From a virus, in the IMG/VR virus record IMGVR_UViG_3300009514_000007, positions 1 to 41,380 of that record: a stretch of DNA of 41,380 bases, one strand, 5' to 3'. Shown here piece by piece: positions 1-9,011 of the stretch (its first letter is position 1; every line of letters begins with the position of its first letter). Position numbers and translations under genes: made by a program. The notes under the pieces were generated by a model, which worked only from the letters and a program-made list of their open reading frames with translations, was not told the origin of the DNA and ran no database searches.

Positions 1-1
1 G

Positions 2-178
2 GACGGCGGCCCGTTCTACGGCGGGATTCGTCGGACCTACGACACCTCGTCTCTCGTCCTTTCGTTCAATACCGGGCACCTTGCCGGGTACACGGACGCG
101 GGGTTTGAGTACGCGGGGGTCGGTGGTGTTCAGGGCGAGGCTGTCGCCGTCTACAATGACGACGGCACCTTGTTCTAA
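2..178 (+). CDS. 3' end of a virion/decoration-like protein, paralog of the next gene (partial, start lies upstream of the window)
   Basis: My translation of frame 2 is open to TAA 176-178 (...RRTYDTSSLVLSFNTGHLAGY...GVGGVQGEAVAVYNDDGTLF*). It closely matches the C-terminus of 191..1237 (RTTYDTDSLLLSANTGHLSIL...GVGGTNGEAIIVYNDDGTLF*). Confidence 0.85.
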   Translation, partial: DGGPFYGGIRRTYDTSSLVLSFNTGHLAGYTDAGFEYAGVGGVQGEAVAVYNDDGTLF

Positions 179-190
179 CAGGAGCGCGCC

Positions 191-1237
191 ATGCCCTTCA
201 TCACCCTCAAACGTGACGACGTTCCGACTGGCACTCTCCAGGTGCTTGATCTCAAGCCCAATGAGAGCCAGCGGAACTTGATCTACGAAACGCCGGGTCA
301 AACCAAATACGTCAACCCACACCAGAACGAGACTCCCGTGCTCGTGACGGTTGGACCTGACGAGGTGGTTCAGGACGAGGTGAGAGGGCTTTCGGCGCTC
401 ATGCTCATGTGTTGTTCGGACGGGGTGCTCGTCTCTGCGACGGGCACCCTGACCGTGGCGGGGCCGCTCATTGGCCCACCCGGCCTTCCGTACATCGACG
501 TGGCTGGATTTCCCCTTTCGGCAATCCTCGGACCACGAGCACCCGGCAGCCTTGATTTCGATGTTTCGTCGGGTGTCCCTGCGACGATTGCAGCGGACAT
601 TATCGCGGCTATTTCGGACGTGGCCGGGCCGTGGTTTGGCCTTGGGCTCGCTACCGCAGCGCCAGGAGCACCAGGCGACGTGGTGATCACAGCGGGGCCG
701 GCATCACCTGGCTCGACGGGCAACACGGTCACCTTTGGCCCCGTCATTCCTGACCCGGCCTTTCTGTTTGCACCCCCCACGGGATTCCTGGCTGGAGGGT
801 CCGATGGTGCGCCTTTGACCGCTGCCACTGCCGTAACTAAGGCACAGGACGTGTTGGACGACATCGTGCGGTACGGCGACCTGACGGCTCCTGCGCTGGA
901 TGCCGACCTGGCTTCGGTCAACGCAGCCCTGGCTCCTTCGGTGCTTTCCGCAGCGAGCCACCAATTCATGCTGCGAATCTTGGCGGGCGAGGAATTCGTT
1001 GTCCCTGCCGGGAACATCCAGTCCACAGGCGGGGCGTTGGCCCCTGACCCGCCCATCACGGACGCCAATTTCACGGCCGGTACGAACCGGACTACCTACG
1101 ACACCGACAGTCTGTTGCTCTCTGCGAATACCGGGCATCTGTCGATCCTTCTCCGTAACTCATTTGAGGTTGGCGGTGTCGGAGGTACCAACGGAGAAGC
1201 CATTATCGTGTACAACGACGACGGCACCTTGTTTTAG
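191..1237 (+). CDS. Putative virion structural/decoration protein (348 aa), tandem paralog
   Basis: AGGAG SD before the ATG. Gly/Ala/Pro/Thr-rich. Carries an internal module (SATGTLTV...FDVSSGVPATIA...GFLAGG) also seen in the sheath protein. Function is inferred. Confidence 0.7.
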   Translation: MPFITLKRDDVPTGTLQVLDLKPNESQRNLIYETPGQTKYVNPHQNETPVLVTVGPDEVVQDEVRGLSALMLMCCSDGVLVSATGTLTVAGPLIGPPGLPYIDVAGFPLSAILGPRAPGSLDFDVSSGVPATIAADIIAAISDVAGPWFGLGLATAAPGAPGDVVITAGPASPGSTGNTVTFGPVIPDPAFLFAPPTGFLAGGSDGAPLTAATAVTKAQDVLDDIVRYGDLTAPALDADLASVNAALAPSVLSAASHQFMLRILAGEEFVVPAGNIQSTGGALAPDPPITDANFTAGTNRTTYDTDSLLLSANTGHLSILLRNSFEVGGVGGTNGEAIIVYNDDGTLF

Positions 1238-1252
1238 CGCGTAGCGCTTTCC

Positions 1253-1270
1253 TTCCGGCTTCGGTCGGAA
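1253..1270 (+). promoter_or_regulatory. cUUCGg tetraloop hairpin in an intergenic region (RNA stability/processing or weak terminator)
   Basis: TTCCGGC-TTCG-GTCGGAA gives a 7-bp stem with one G-U pair. There is no downstream U tract. A second small hairpin, AGCGC-GTA-GCGCT, lies at 1236-1248. Confidence 0.5.
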
Positions 1271-1292
1271 TGGCTCAAACGAAAGATGGACA

Positions 1293-1559
1293 ATGCAACA
1301 ACCCAAGCAGTACCGAACGGCAGACCTCTACTATGCCGCGTATCTCCGAGTCGCAGGATGCAGCATGATCGAAGCGACAGTGGTGAAAGAAGGCGGCCAA
1401 AAGCGGGTGTTCTTTTACTTTGAGCCCTCCGAGGGTCTCAAGGATCTGAAACGCGACTATTTCAACCGCAAGGGGAAGGTCGCGGCGCTCCAGTACGCTG
1501 ACGAGGTACGAAGCATGAAAAACCTAACCCACGAGGCACTGGCTGACGATGCTGCTTGA
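1293..1559 (+). CDS. DUF5659-like small phage protein (88 aa)
   Basis: The pattern YRTADLYYAAYL..AG...KRVFFYF...LKRDYFN...YADEVRSMK resembles the DUF5659 family (recognised from memory). Confidence 0.65.
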   Translation: MQQPKQYRTADLYYAAYLRVAGCSMIEATVVKEGGQKRVFFYFEPSEGLKDLKRDYFNRKGKVAALQYADEVRSMKNLTHEALADDAA

Positions 1560-2289
1560 CGGTTTGTTCGCGGATCCAGAAGGGCCGAGCAAGATCGCGT
1601 TCACTCCGATCTCGACCGAGGCTCGTCGTGCTTTTCAGCGCGAGATCCTGCCGCAAATCGGGAAGATCAAATCCGTCGAAGACCTGTCCAAGATCGTTAT
1701 CGAGATCACGGCAGCCATCCGCGAGGCGAGCACGGCGAAGGACACGCTCTACACTCGTCTGGTCAGGCACAAAGCCATCGATCAGGTGGACGACTCGTTC
1801 TTTGCCAACATCCTGACGGTCCTCCAACAGTGGTCGTCGGACACGCTCGACAAGCTGCGTGAGGCCCCGGAGCAGGCAGCCGCCCCCAAGACCGAGAACC
1901 GAGTACCAAAGGTCGAGCCCGAGGGGGCTCCCCCGCCTCCAGCGCCCGCTCAACAGCCGGTCGTTCAGCAAGCGGTGCCGGTCCAGACGCCGCAGATGGA
2001 CCCCGTGCAGGCGCTTCGGGAGGATCTCGCGGAACAGCTTGGTGCGAATCAAAACATGACCCCGTGGGATCTGGTGCGTTCTCTCCAGACCGTGTTCCAA
2101 AAACATGGTGTTTGGCGCGCCTATGCGTCGGCTCGCAGTAAAACAGCGGTCACGATCGGCTTCGGGACGTTTGGTGTCGAGGATGTGGTGCTCAGGCAAC
2201 GGCCAGGTCAAGGATGGGGAACTGCCCTCGGGCTGGACAGCAAAACTGCGGCACGGGAAATCATGGTACGCATGGCGAGGGCAGGGTGA
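1549..2289 (+). CDS. Hypothetical protein (246 aa) with a central Pro/Gln-rich linker
   Basis: Overlaps the previous stop and has GC-third-position codon usage like the neighbouring genes. Confidence 0.75.
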   Translation: MLLDGLFADPEGPSKIAFTPISTEARRAFQREILPQIGKIKSVEDLSKIVIEITAAIREASTAKDTLYTRLVRHKAIDQVDDSFFANILTVLQQWSSDTLDKLREAPEQAAAPKTENRVPKVEPEGAPPPPAPAQQPVVQQAVPVQTPQMDPVQALREDLAEQLGANQNMTPWDLVRSLQTVFQKHGVWRAYASARSKTAVTIGFGTFGVEDVVLRQRPGQGWGTALGLDSKTAAREIMVRMARAG

Positions 2290-2292
2290 TCC

Positions 2293-3222
2293 GTGGCTGT
2301 TGCGTTTTCGCCAGGGCAAGACATCGGCCGAGGCGACCTCGACATCTTTACGAAGAACGCCGTTGGCAACCCTGCTAACGCCGCGACGATCAGCTACGCG
2401 ATCTTCTTTGTGGACACGTCGGGTGGCCTACCCGGCACCGAGGTACTGATCGGTCCCGCCGTGCGCGTGCCAGTCAATCCGACCGTAGGGGAATACTACG
2501 CAGCCCTGACAGTCCCTCCCGGTGCGACGCCGGGGGACTACCGGATCCGGTGGACATTCACCGAGCTACCTGGCTACCCCGAGCAGCAAGTGGTGCAGGA
2601 GTTTGCCGTCGTGGATCCGGCAACCGCATCGCCTGGAGGCGGTGGTGGAGGGCCTGGAGGAACGCCTTTCACGTCGGCCCAACAGGACATGATTAGCCGC
2701 TTGCGGATCCTGTTGCGTGACAACAACCCTGACCGCAACTACCGCTTTCGGCCGCCCGAGCAAGAGGGCGTGATCAAGCAGTTCAATCAGGTGTTCGGCT
2801 TCATCTGGGAGGACCATGAGCTACTGGAGTACCTGGAGAGGTCGCTCGATTGGTGGAATATGTTTCCGCCTTCGACCCCTGGCGTGAACACCATCGACAA
2901 GCTCGTGGCGCAGAAGCCCGAGTGGCGCACGGTGATCATGTGGGGCGCCATCGCGCACGCCATGTTCGCTCTGTCCGCGAATTGGGTGGCTGACGAATTC
3001 GACTACTCGATCGGCGGGATCAGCCTGAGCATCGAGAAATCGAGCAAATACGAGAGTTTGAAACAGAACGCCGAGTCGATGTACGATAAGGCGACGGAAG
3101 CAAAGACACAGACGGTGCGTGTGATCCGAGGGCTTGCGCAACCCCGCTTCGGTATCGGCATCCGTTCCGCTTTCGGTCCTCACGTTGGGCGAGGGGTGCT
3201 CTCACCTAGGAATTTCATCTAA
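2293..3222 (+). CDS. Putative head-to-tail adaptor/neck protein with an N-terminal Ig-like domain (309 aa)
   Basis: N-terminal beta-sandwich-like segment (GEYYAALTVP...PGDYRIRWTF), then a Gly linker, then a helical segment (ISRLRILLRD...WEDHELLEYLERSL) reminiscent of SPP1 gp15-type adaptors. Position fits a neck cluster. Confidence 0.55.
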   Translation: MAVAFSPGQDIGRGDLDIFTKNAVGNPANAATISYAIFFVDTSGGLPGTEVLIGPAVRVPVNPTVGEYYAALTVPPGATPGDYRIRWTFTELPGYPEQQVVQEFAVVDPATASPGGGGGGPGGTPFTSAQQDMISRLRILLRDNNPDRNYRFRPPEQEGVIKQFNQVFGFIWEDHELLEYLERSLDWWNMFPPSTPGVNTIDKLVAQKPEWRTVIMWGAIAHAMFALSANWVADEFDYSIGGISLSIEKSSKYESLKQNAESMYDKATEAKTQTVRVIRGLAQPRFGIGIRSAFGPHVGRGVLSPRNFI

Positions 3223-3443
3223 TGGTAGACATCACCAAGCTCGCTCGCCGAGTCGCTGAACGCCATGCGGAGAAAACCGCACGCCGTTGGCCTCGTCCTA
3301 CTGACCGCAAACCCTCTACGCGCCAACTGGAGGCGTGGGTGTACGACTCGGTGGTGGACGCAACCGATGGGTGTCAGGTTGAGCCTGATGGCGTCTGCCC
3401 CCACGGACACCCCTCGTGGCTCCTGTACCTCGGGATGATCTGA
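3222..3443 (+). CDS. Small Cys/His phage protein (73 aa) with an N-terminal RVAxRH motif
   Basis: TAATG coupling to the upstream gene. DGCQVEPDGVCPHGHPSWL is a probable metal-binding motif. Confidence 0.75.
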   Translation: MVDITKLARRVAERHAEKTARRWPRPTDRKPSTRQLEAWVYDSVVDATDGCQVEPDGVCPHGHPSWLLYLGMI

Positions 3444-4195
3444 TGGAATTGGTAGCCGACAAGTGGGTCAAGGCGGCATCCGAGCGGGTAGCCGATCGCT
3501 ACGTGTTGGCAGCGGACATGCGGCGTATCCTGTCGCAGCTTTACCGGCCGGTGCAGCCCTACGTGAAGCGGTGGGACCAGTTCCTTCTCAACCTTGCCAC
3601 CGCGTACCGCGAGGATCTTGAGTGGGTGATTCCGGCGTTCGGCGACGAGTGGGACTCCAAACTCACGAACATCGGGTCGGGCTGGTACGAATGGCAGGGT
3701 CCGCAAATTGGTGGTTACGGCTATCGAGGCAATCGAGGGTACGATCCCCCTGAGTACGCGGAGCAGTCGGTCGAGGTTCCGTCAGGCGGCACGCTCACCT
3801 TGACCGGGTTTCAGTCTCTCCGTCGCTGGCCGCATGACATGGCCCGGATCTGGCGGAGCGAGATCAAGGACCCCAAAGGGTTCAGGGACGCGCTGTACCA
3901 CATGCTTGAGAACCAGGCGTCGGTGAAGCTCCTGGCGAAGCTCACGGCCAACGCGATTCAGGGAGCGTTTCGCACGGGTTGGGCTGACGACTGGATCGTA
4001 GACCTCGTGAGCGAGGAAGACTGGAGCGACGCTTTCGACATGGGATGGTCGGGGAGCGTGAGCCTTAAAGAAACAGGGCGCCCCGTGGTGCGTGTGACAC
4101 CACAGGGCGACGGGTTCAAGATGGTCGTCACGGTGGACGTTGAGGTTGACGTAGAGGACGTGGAGCCGCCCGAACCTGATGTCGAGCCCTGGTAG
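3443..4195 (+). CDS. Hypothetical protein (250 aa) with an N-terminal RVADRY motif
   Basis: TGATG coupling favours ATG 3443 over the track start at 3416. Trp-rich with an acidic C-terminus. Confidence 0.75.
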   Translation: MELVADKWVKAASERVADRYVLAADMRRILSQLYRPVQPYVKRWDQFLLNLATAYREDLEWVIPAFGDEWDSKLTNIGSGWYEWQGPQIGGYGYRGNRGYDPPEYAEQSVEVPSGGTLTLTGFQSLRRWPHDMARIWRSEIKDPKGFRDALYHMLENQASVKLLAKLTANAIQGAFRTGWADDWIVDLVSEEDWSDAFDMGWSGSVSLKETGRPVVRVTPQGDGFKMVVTVDVEVDVEDVEPPEPDVEPW

Positions 4196-4198
4196 GGC

Positions 4199-4768
4199 TT
4201 AGTGCCAGCGAGCCAAGCTGCGTCGCTTGCCGTCGAACAGGCCCTTGACGTAGTAGCCGGTGCGGCCCTGCTCCAAGTGAGCGCGGCAAATGTCGGCGCC
4301 GGTTGCCGACACGCGAACGTAGTCGAAGCCTTCCCATTTGGCCGCATCCGTTTCCGCGACGCGGGACCACTTGTCGCTGCTCAGCTTTGCGTTCGGATCC
4401 TCGACTCGGCGGTAGTGCCAGGTGTTTCCGCCGTTGGTGATTCCGTGACGCCGAAGGTAGCGGACGTAGAACGTAAGCTCTCCGTTCGCGGGGTTCATGG
4501 CGACGCCTCGGTGGTAGGTCTGACCTCCGGTGACGTGGGTGGGAACCTCGGTCCAGGTCACGGCGGCGAACACCGTGTAGCTCTGGTCAGCCTTGGGGGC
4601 ACTCGGGAGTTTTTCCGTCTGGCGCTCGATCACCTGCTCCAATTCCTCCGCGCGCGACAGCCCCTCTTTCGGGTACATCGGGGGGGTGTCGGGGGTGCAA
4701 GCGGCAAGCTCGGCTTGGAATTTCTCGATGCGGGTGGAAATCTGCTCGTAGGTGTCTTGAACGTACAT
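4199..4768 (-). CDS. Hypothetical accessory protein (189 aa), opposite strand
   Basis: On the - strand GGAGG-ACACAAA-ATG gives a start at 4768 (MYVQDTYEQ...). It has its own promoter-like motif upstream. Confidence 0.75.
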   Translation of the reverse strand: MYVQDTYEQISTRIEKFQAELAACTPDTPPMYPKEGLSRAEELEQVIERQTEKLPSAPKADQSYTVFAAVTWTEVPTHVTGGQTYHRGVAMNPANGELTFYVRYLRRHGITNGGNTWHYRRVEDPNAKLSSDKWSRVAETDAAKWEGFDYVRVSATGADICRAHLEQGRTGYYVKGLFDGKRRSLARWH

Positions 4769-4790
4769 TTTGTGTCCTCCGAACCACTTA

Positions 4791-4816
4791 ACGACGCAAT
4801 TTCCGCGCCAGAAACC
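4791..4816 (-). promoter_or_regulatory. Putative promoter GGTTTC-N14-CGTCGT (copy 1)
   Basis: The - strand reads GGTTTC TGGCGCGGAAATTG CGTCGT, 10 nt upstream of the SD. The same hexamers and spacing occur at 18964-18989. Confidence 0.6.
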
Positions 4817-4832
4817 GCGCAAGAGGCGCGAT

Positions 4833-4845
4833 TAGTCCGCCTATA
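4833..4845 (+). promoter_or_regulatory. Putative phage late promoter TAGKCCSCCTATA (copy 1)
   Basis: TAGTCCGCCTATA lies 16 nt before ATG 4862. Near-identical copies occur at 12374 and 19238, all intergenic at + strand restart points. Confidence 0.65.
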
Positions 4846-4861
4846 GGCTCCCATTCACAGG

Positions 4862-5149
4862 ATGCCCGGCGACAGCACAAGCAAAGGAAACACGAAAACG
4901 ATCGATCTGGCGCTCAAGCTGCTCTCGACGCTTGTGATCCCACTGATCGTGTGGGGCGTGCGCTTGGAGGTCAAAACCGCCATCCAAGACGAGCGGATCG
5001 CTGAATTGGAGGACGACGTTCAGAAGAATTCGGGCATCTCCACGGCGGTTCAAGAGAATTCCCTGACCCTGGTCAAGCTGGAGGCCAAGATCGATTCCGT
5101 AGGAGACAAGATCGATGACATCAAGAAGCTACTGGCTGGTACTCGGTAG
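4862..5149 (+). CDS. Single-TM coiled-coil membrane protein (95 aa); holin-like or i-spanin candidate
   Basis: Hydrophobic stretch LALKLLSTLVIPLIVWGV followed by a heptad-like coiled coil (LVKLEAKIDSVGDKIDDIKKLL). Confidence 0.6.
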   Translation: MPGDSTSKGNTKTIDLALKLLSTLVIPLIVWGVRLEVKTAIQDERIAELEDDVQKNSGISTAVQENSLTLVKLEAKIDSVGDKIDDIKKLLAGTR

Positions 5150-5708
5150 CCTTTTGATCGTCGGTTGCCCCGCAGCGCAGGACGGAGCCCCGGTTCAGGC
5201 GACCCGCGAGATCGAAATCCCCGACACGGGGGATGCCAAACCCGAGGATGTGAAGGGCGATCCCGATCCGATTCCCGAACCGGAATCCGATCCAACCGAG
5301 CCGGAATCCGATTCGGGCGGTGATCCGGGCGGGGCGCTGGCACACATGCCCGACCCTGACCCTCTCGTACCGGATGCTCGGTGGGAACCCAAAACCAAAA
5401 AGAAGCCGAAGGGTGCGGTGTGCCGACCCGACTACGACCTTTTCGACGGCAAGTGCTTCCCCGCTGAGAAGGCCAAGAAGCTCCAAGAGAAACGAGACGA
5501 GAAGCATCTCAAGGAGCTACAGGACGCCAAGACCCCTGTCCAACAAGAGCAGGTGCAGCAAAAGGTCTTGGACGATCAGGTGCAGCAGTTGGATCAGTAC
5601 GAGGACGACCTGGACGAGATTTTGGACGACCTCGCCAAGAAAAAGAAAAAGGGTGAGGGTCCGTTCAACAAAAAGGGCGGCGGCCTTGACGATCCGTTCG
5701 ATGGGTAG
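5115..5708 (+). CDS. Putative lipoprotein (197 aa), Pro/Asp-rich; o-spanin candidate
   Basis: Signal peptide MTSRSYWLVLGSLLIVG|C with an IVGC lipobox. Starts inside the upstream gene in the +1 frame. Has two further Cys and a C-terminal coiled coil. Confidence 0.6.
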   Translation: MTSRSYWLVLGSLLIVGCPAAQDGAPVQATREIEIPDTGDAKPEDVKGDPDPIPEPESDPTEPESDSGGDPGGALAHMPDPDPLVPDARWEPKTKKKPKGAVCRPDYDLFDGKCFPAEKAKKLQEKRDEKHLKELQDAKTPVQQEQVQQKVLDDQVQQLDQYEDDLDEILDDLAKKKKKGEGPFNKKGGGLDDPFDG

Positions 5709-5718
5709 AGTGGGCACC

Positions 5719-6195
5719 ATGACCGATACTCCCAACACCGAAACCGAAACTCCCAAGGACGCCGAGACTGAGGCGGTCACGACCGACGCCGAGACTGTCG
5801 AGGTCGATCCGAACCTGCTCGGGCAGATGGCTCCCGAGGAAGCCAAAAATCTCTACTCCTGGCAGGCCGAGGTTCAACAGCTTCTCAAGGCCGTGGGCGA
5901 AAAAGAGGTTCAGATCAGCCGCATCGAGGCCATGCGCGACGCCAAGGTTGGTGAGAAAAAGGCGATGATCGCCCGCATGGAAACCTTGGAAACGAACGCA
6001 CAGCGGTTGCTTGCGGACGTGCGCAAGCGATTCAACATCACCGACGACATCAATTGGCGGACCCTTCCCGATGGCCGTATCGAGAAGATCGATCCAGACT
6101 TGATCAAGGCCGCACAGGCTGCCCAAGCCCAAGCCCAAGCCCAAGCCCAAGCTCAGGCTCAGGCGCAAGCACAAGGAGCGGCGGAAACGCAGTAG
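5719..6195 (+). CDS. Hypothetical coiled-coil protein (158 aa) with a C-terminal (AQ)n tract
   Basis: ATG 5719 follows the stop at 5708. The upstream part of track ORF 5320..6195 overlaps the lipoprotein gene and is probably spurious. Confidence 0.7.
   Translation: MTDTPNTETETPKDAETEAVTTDAETVEVDPNLLGQMAPEEAKNLYSWQAEVQQLLKAVGEKEVQISRIEAMRDAKVGEKKAMIARMETLETNAQRLLADVRKRFNITDDINWRTLPDGRIEKIDPDLIKAAQAAQAQAQAQAQAQAQAQAQGAAETQ
6121..6174 (+). repeat. Hexamer tandem repeat encoding (AQ)9
   Basis: GCCCAA x5, GCTCAG x2, GCGCAA, GCACAA. Confidence 0.9.
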
Positions 6196-6198
6196 GTC

Positions 6199-7650
6199 AT
6201 GGTTGATCTCGGATGGGCACCGTCAGTAGGAGACAATCCATACCCGCCAGCCAATGTGCAGGTGGTGAGTCCCCTATACAGTGGTGCCCTCGACATCCGT
6301 TGGGATGACCCGAGGATCAACCCCTGCAACTCAGGCTTCGACATCGTTGGGGTCAACATCTATCGCTCCGATACGACGGAGCGCGGACCCTACCATCGGA
6401 TCAACCGCTTTCCCGTTGGGGGCGGCTTCTACCGCGACCAGACCGACAACGCTTTCGTTGAGCGAGAGGTCGTTCACTGGACGCAGGACTGGATCGCGCG
6501 CGGAGAGTCTGCCAACGGGAATCGTTGGACCTTCCGAACTAAGCGGTGCCCGATCGTCAAGAAGGCGGGCCAGGCCATCACGGCGAACAGCCCGGCCGAC
6601 GTGCAGGTGACGATCAACGGTGTGCTCGTTCCGGCCCATGCGGTGTTCGGCACGACCGGCGAGGTCACGTTGATCAATACCGAGACGTTTGACATCGCCC
6701 GGCAGATCAAGCGGCCTCCCGTTTTGCCTGACGAGAACGCGACGGTCACGGTCACGTATTTCTACAACCGCAACCTCGTGGAGCAGAGGCTCGACCAAAA
6801 GCTCTGGTATCGGGTCACGTCGGTTGCTACTTGCCTGGACGAGAACGGCAACCCGCTTACCTCGTCCGGTTACATCGAGACTCCGCTTCGGTTCGCGCAA
6901 CCGATCACGAACCATCAGATCGAGACAATGGATTGGATCTGGCGGGAGGCAATCAGGCGGAACAATTGGATGCTGGAGCAGGGGGGCGAGCGGGTCAAAG
7001 TATTCATCCGCAAGACCAGTGGTACTCCTTGCTTCTGTGGCATTGACCCGCGCTCCATCGAGATCGGACATCAACCTCGCAACAAGTGCGAGCAGTGTTT
7101 CGGTGTCGGCTTCATCGGAGGGTACGAAGGCCCCTACGACCTGATCATTTCGCCCGACGAGGGCGCGGATCGTCGGGTGCGGCAGACTCCCGAGGGCCGG
7201 ACGTTGGAGCATCAGTGGGACGTGTGGACGGGGCCGAGTCCTGCGCTGACGCAGCGTGATTTCATCGTGCGCCAAACGAACGAGCGGTACTCGGTCGGGG
7301 CGGTGCGTAAGCCGAGTGCGCGCGGCAATATCATGCAGCAGCAGTTCCAGATCAAATACCTTGAGGAAAACGACATCCGTTACGAGGTACCGCTGGACGA
7401 CCCCGCAGGCTTGACGTGGCCGGAGTGTCGCGTCCTTCCACCGACGCTCACGGGAGGCGCGTGGCGCCCTGTGGAAGCGTTTGGCCCCCATCCCGAGGGC
7501 GTTCACGAGACGACCCCCCACACCACCGAAAAAGAGAACATCCCTGACGAACGCGAGATTCGCGGCCGTACCGCTGTTTGGGAGAATACGACATACGGCT
7601 TGCTACCTTGGGCGGTATGGCTGGCCGATGGAATTTTTGGGCTCATGTAG
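6199..7650 (+). CDS. Putative neck/head-closure protein with an FN3-like N-terminus and Cys cluster (483 aa)
   Basis: PPANVQV...LDIRWDDP...GVNIYRS looks FN3-like. GERVKVFIRK..G.PCFC...CEQCFGVGFIGGY resembles head-closure proteins of large myoviruses. Neck-cluster position. Confidence 0.55.
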   Translation: MVDLGWAPSVGDNPYPPANVQVVSPLYSGALDIRWDDPRINPCNSGFDIVGVNIYRSDTTERGPYHRINRFPVGGGFYRDQTDNAFVEREVVHWTQDWIARGESANGNRWTFRTKRCPIVKKAGQAITANSPADVQVTINGVLVPAHAVFGTTGEVTLINTETFDIARQIKRPPVLPDENATVTVTYFYNRNLVEQRLDQKLWYRVTSVATCLDENGNPLTSSGYIETPLRFAQPITNHQIETMDWIWREAIRRNNWMLEQGGERVKVFIRKTSGTPCFCGIDPRSIEIGHQPRNKCEQCFGVGFIGGYEGPYDLIISPDEGADRRVRQTPEGRTLEHQWDVWTGPSPALTQRDFIVRQTNERYSVGAVRKPSARGNIMQQQFQIKYLEENDIRYEVPLDDPAGLTWPECRVLPPTLTGGAWRPVEAFGPHPEGVHETTPHTTEKENIPDEREIRGRTAVWENTTYGLLPWAVWLADGIFGLM

Positions 7651-7695
7651 GCCACAATGTCCAAGCGGCACCTACCGCCGGATTTACCGTAACTG

Positions 7696-8313
7696 GTGCC
7701 CGGACGAAGAATTGGCCGTCTGATGTACAAGGTAACTCCAGTTCGCACTGCATACGGCAAGCCCTGGTCTCAGTTGATTGGGGAGATGTCGGTCAACAAG
7801 GATTTCTTGAAAGAGGTCGGCGATATTCTCGTCAAAGCCGTCGTCAAAGAGGCGCGTGCCGACCTCGCCAAGCAGGGCAATCGTCCTACTGCGCGTGGGA
7901 AGGCCGAGGGTATCCCGAACGACGAGAAATTCTTTCAGTCGTTCTCGCATCGGATCACAGGTCGTAGTTCGATCGAGATCGTTTCGACCTGGCCGTGGAT
8001 CGAGCAGGTCATTCAGGGCCGTAGCCCCTACCGGATGCACTGGCTGCGGCAGACCAAAGGGGTGGTAAATGCGCCGCTGTTCTCTGAGCCCGGCAGTCGA
8101 GGTCGCCGTGCTATGCGAAAGGGGAAAGCGGGTTCGCCGGGTAAGGTGCTTATGAGAACCACTCCGGGGAAATTCAAGCGGGGCTGGTTGCACCCCGGTT
8201 TCGCCAAACACAATTTCGTTGACCGTGCCTTCCGCAAAGCCAAGACCGATATTGACGACGCCCTGCTCAAGCGGCTCGATAAGGCGTTGTCGAAATCCGA
8301 CAACATCCGATGA
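7696..8313 (+). CDS. HK97 gp10-like neck/tail-completion protein (205 aa; start uncertain, GTG 7696 or ATG 7723)
   Basis: Very basic protein with an N-terminal helix, a central WIEQVIQG segment and C-terminal HPGFAKHNFVDRAF, typical of gp10-like proteins. Confidence 0.55.
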   Translation: MPGRRIGRLMYKVTPVRTAYGKPWSQLIGEMSVNKDFLKEVGDILVKAVVKEARADLAKQGNRPTARGKAEGIPNDEKFFQSFSHRITGRSSIEIVSTWPWIEQVIQGRSPYRMHWLRQTKGVVNAPLFSEPGSRGRRAMRKGKAGSPGKVLMRTTPGKFKRGWLHPGFAKHNFVDRAFRKAKTDIDDALLKRLDKALSKSDNIR

Positions 8314-9011
8314 AAGAGGCACACGTAATATGCAAGATCACGCAGATCCGATTGCCGGACCTTGGCCTCACCTTGTCCAGCGGCGACGAGATCTGGTTGT
8401 CCGAGCGGGACGCCAGGCGGTCCACGGATCTGCAACATGCTCGTCGGGTGGGAGCCGTCGAATTGCTCTGGCAGGAGAGATGCCGCGTGAGTAGGCCGCC
8501 TGCCCCACCCCACTTTCGCAAGCTCCGTCCCGGCCAGCGTAAACAGGTCGAGGTATCGGTGCCGGAGACAGCGCCTAGCCCTGCGCCCGCTGCTCCGGCT
8601 GTGAGTGCTGACGAGATTGCCAAGAGCGTGAGGGCTACTGTGGCCGCCGAGGTCGCCCGCCAGATGGGCAACTTGGAGGGTCAGATGGACGACATGAAGG
8701 CGGACATCGTGGCTCAGGTGACGGCGGCGATGGCAGGGCAAAAGGGCACGGACCCTGAGCAGTTGGCCGCCATTCTCAAGAGCACCCTGGAGGCGGTGCT
8801 GCCGACTCTCCCGGCTGCCGCTCCCCAAACAGGCCCCGCTGTGGCCCGACGCGACGATCCCCTCTATATCCCGACCGTCGATGTCAGCAAGAAAACCAAG
8901 GGCAAGGTCGAGGTGCAACAGACGACCACCGCAGGTGGTGGCCTAGACGATGCAGCGGCGGCCTTGAAAGCATTGAAACGGAAACGGAAAAAGGACCAAA
9001 CCAATGACTGA
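8310..9011 (+). CDS. Hypothetical protein (233 aa), translationally coupled to the actin-like gene
   Basis: ATGA overlap with the upstream gene and an 8-nt overlap with the downstream gene. Pro-rich linkers, central helical region and a basic C-terminus (LKALKRKRKK). Confidence 0.75.
   Translation: MKEAHVICKITQIRLPDLGLTLSSGDEIWLSERDARRSTDLQHARRVGAVELLWQERCRVSRPPAPPHFRKLRPGQRKQVEVSVPETAPSPAPAAPAVSADEIAKSVRATVAAEVARQMGNLEGQMDDMKADIVAQVTAAMAGQKGTDPEQLAAILKSTLEAVLPTLPAAAPQTGPAVARRDDPLYIPTVDVSKKTKGKVEVQQTTTAGGGLDDAAAALKALKRKRKKDQTND

Noticed and set aside
4202-4846. + strand 214-aa ORF overlapping the - strand gene
   Set aside because: It is an antisense shadow. The - strand frame has the SD, the promoter-like motif and a protein-like composition.
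6266-6278. TGAGTCCCCTATA, similar to the late promoter motif
   Set aside because: It lies inside a CDS and the TAG-to-TATA register is not preserved.
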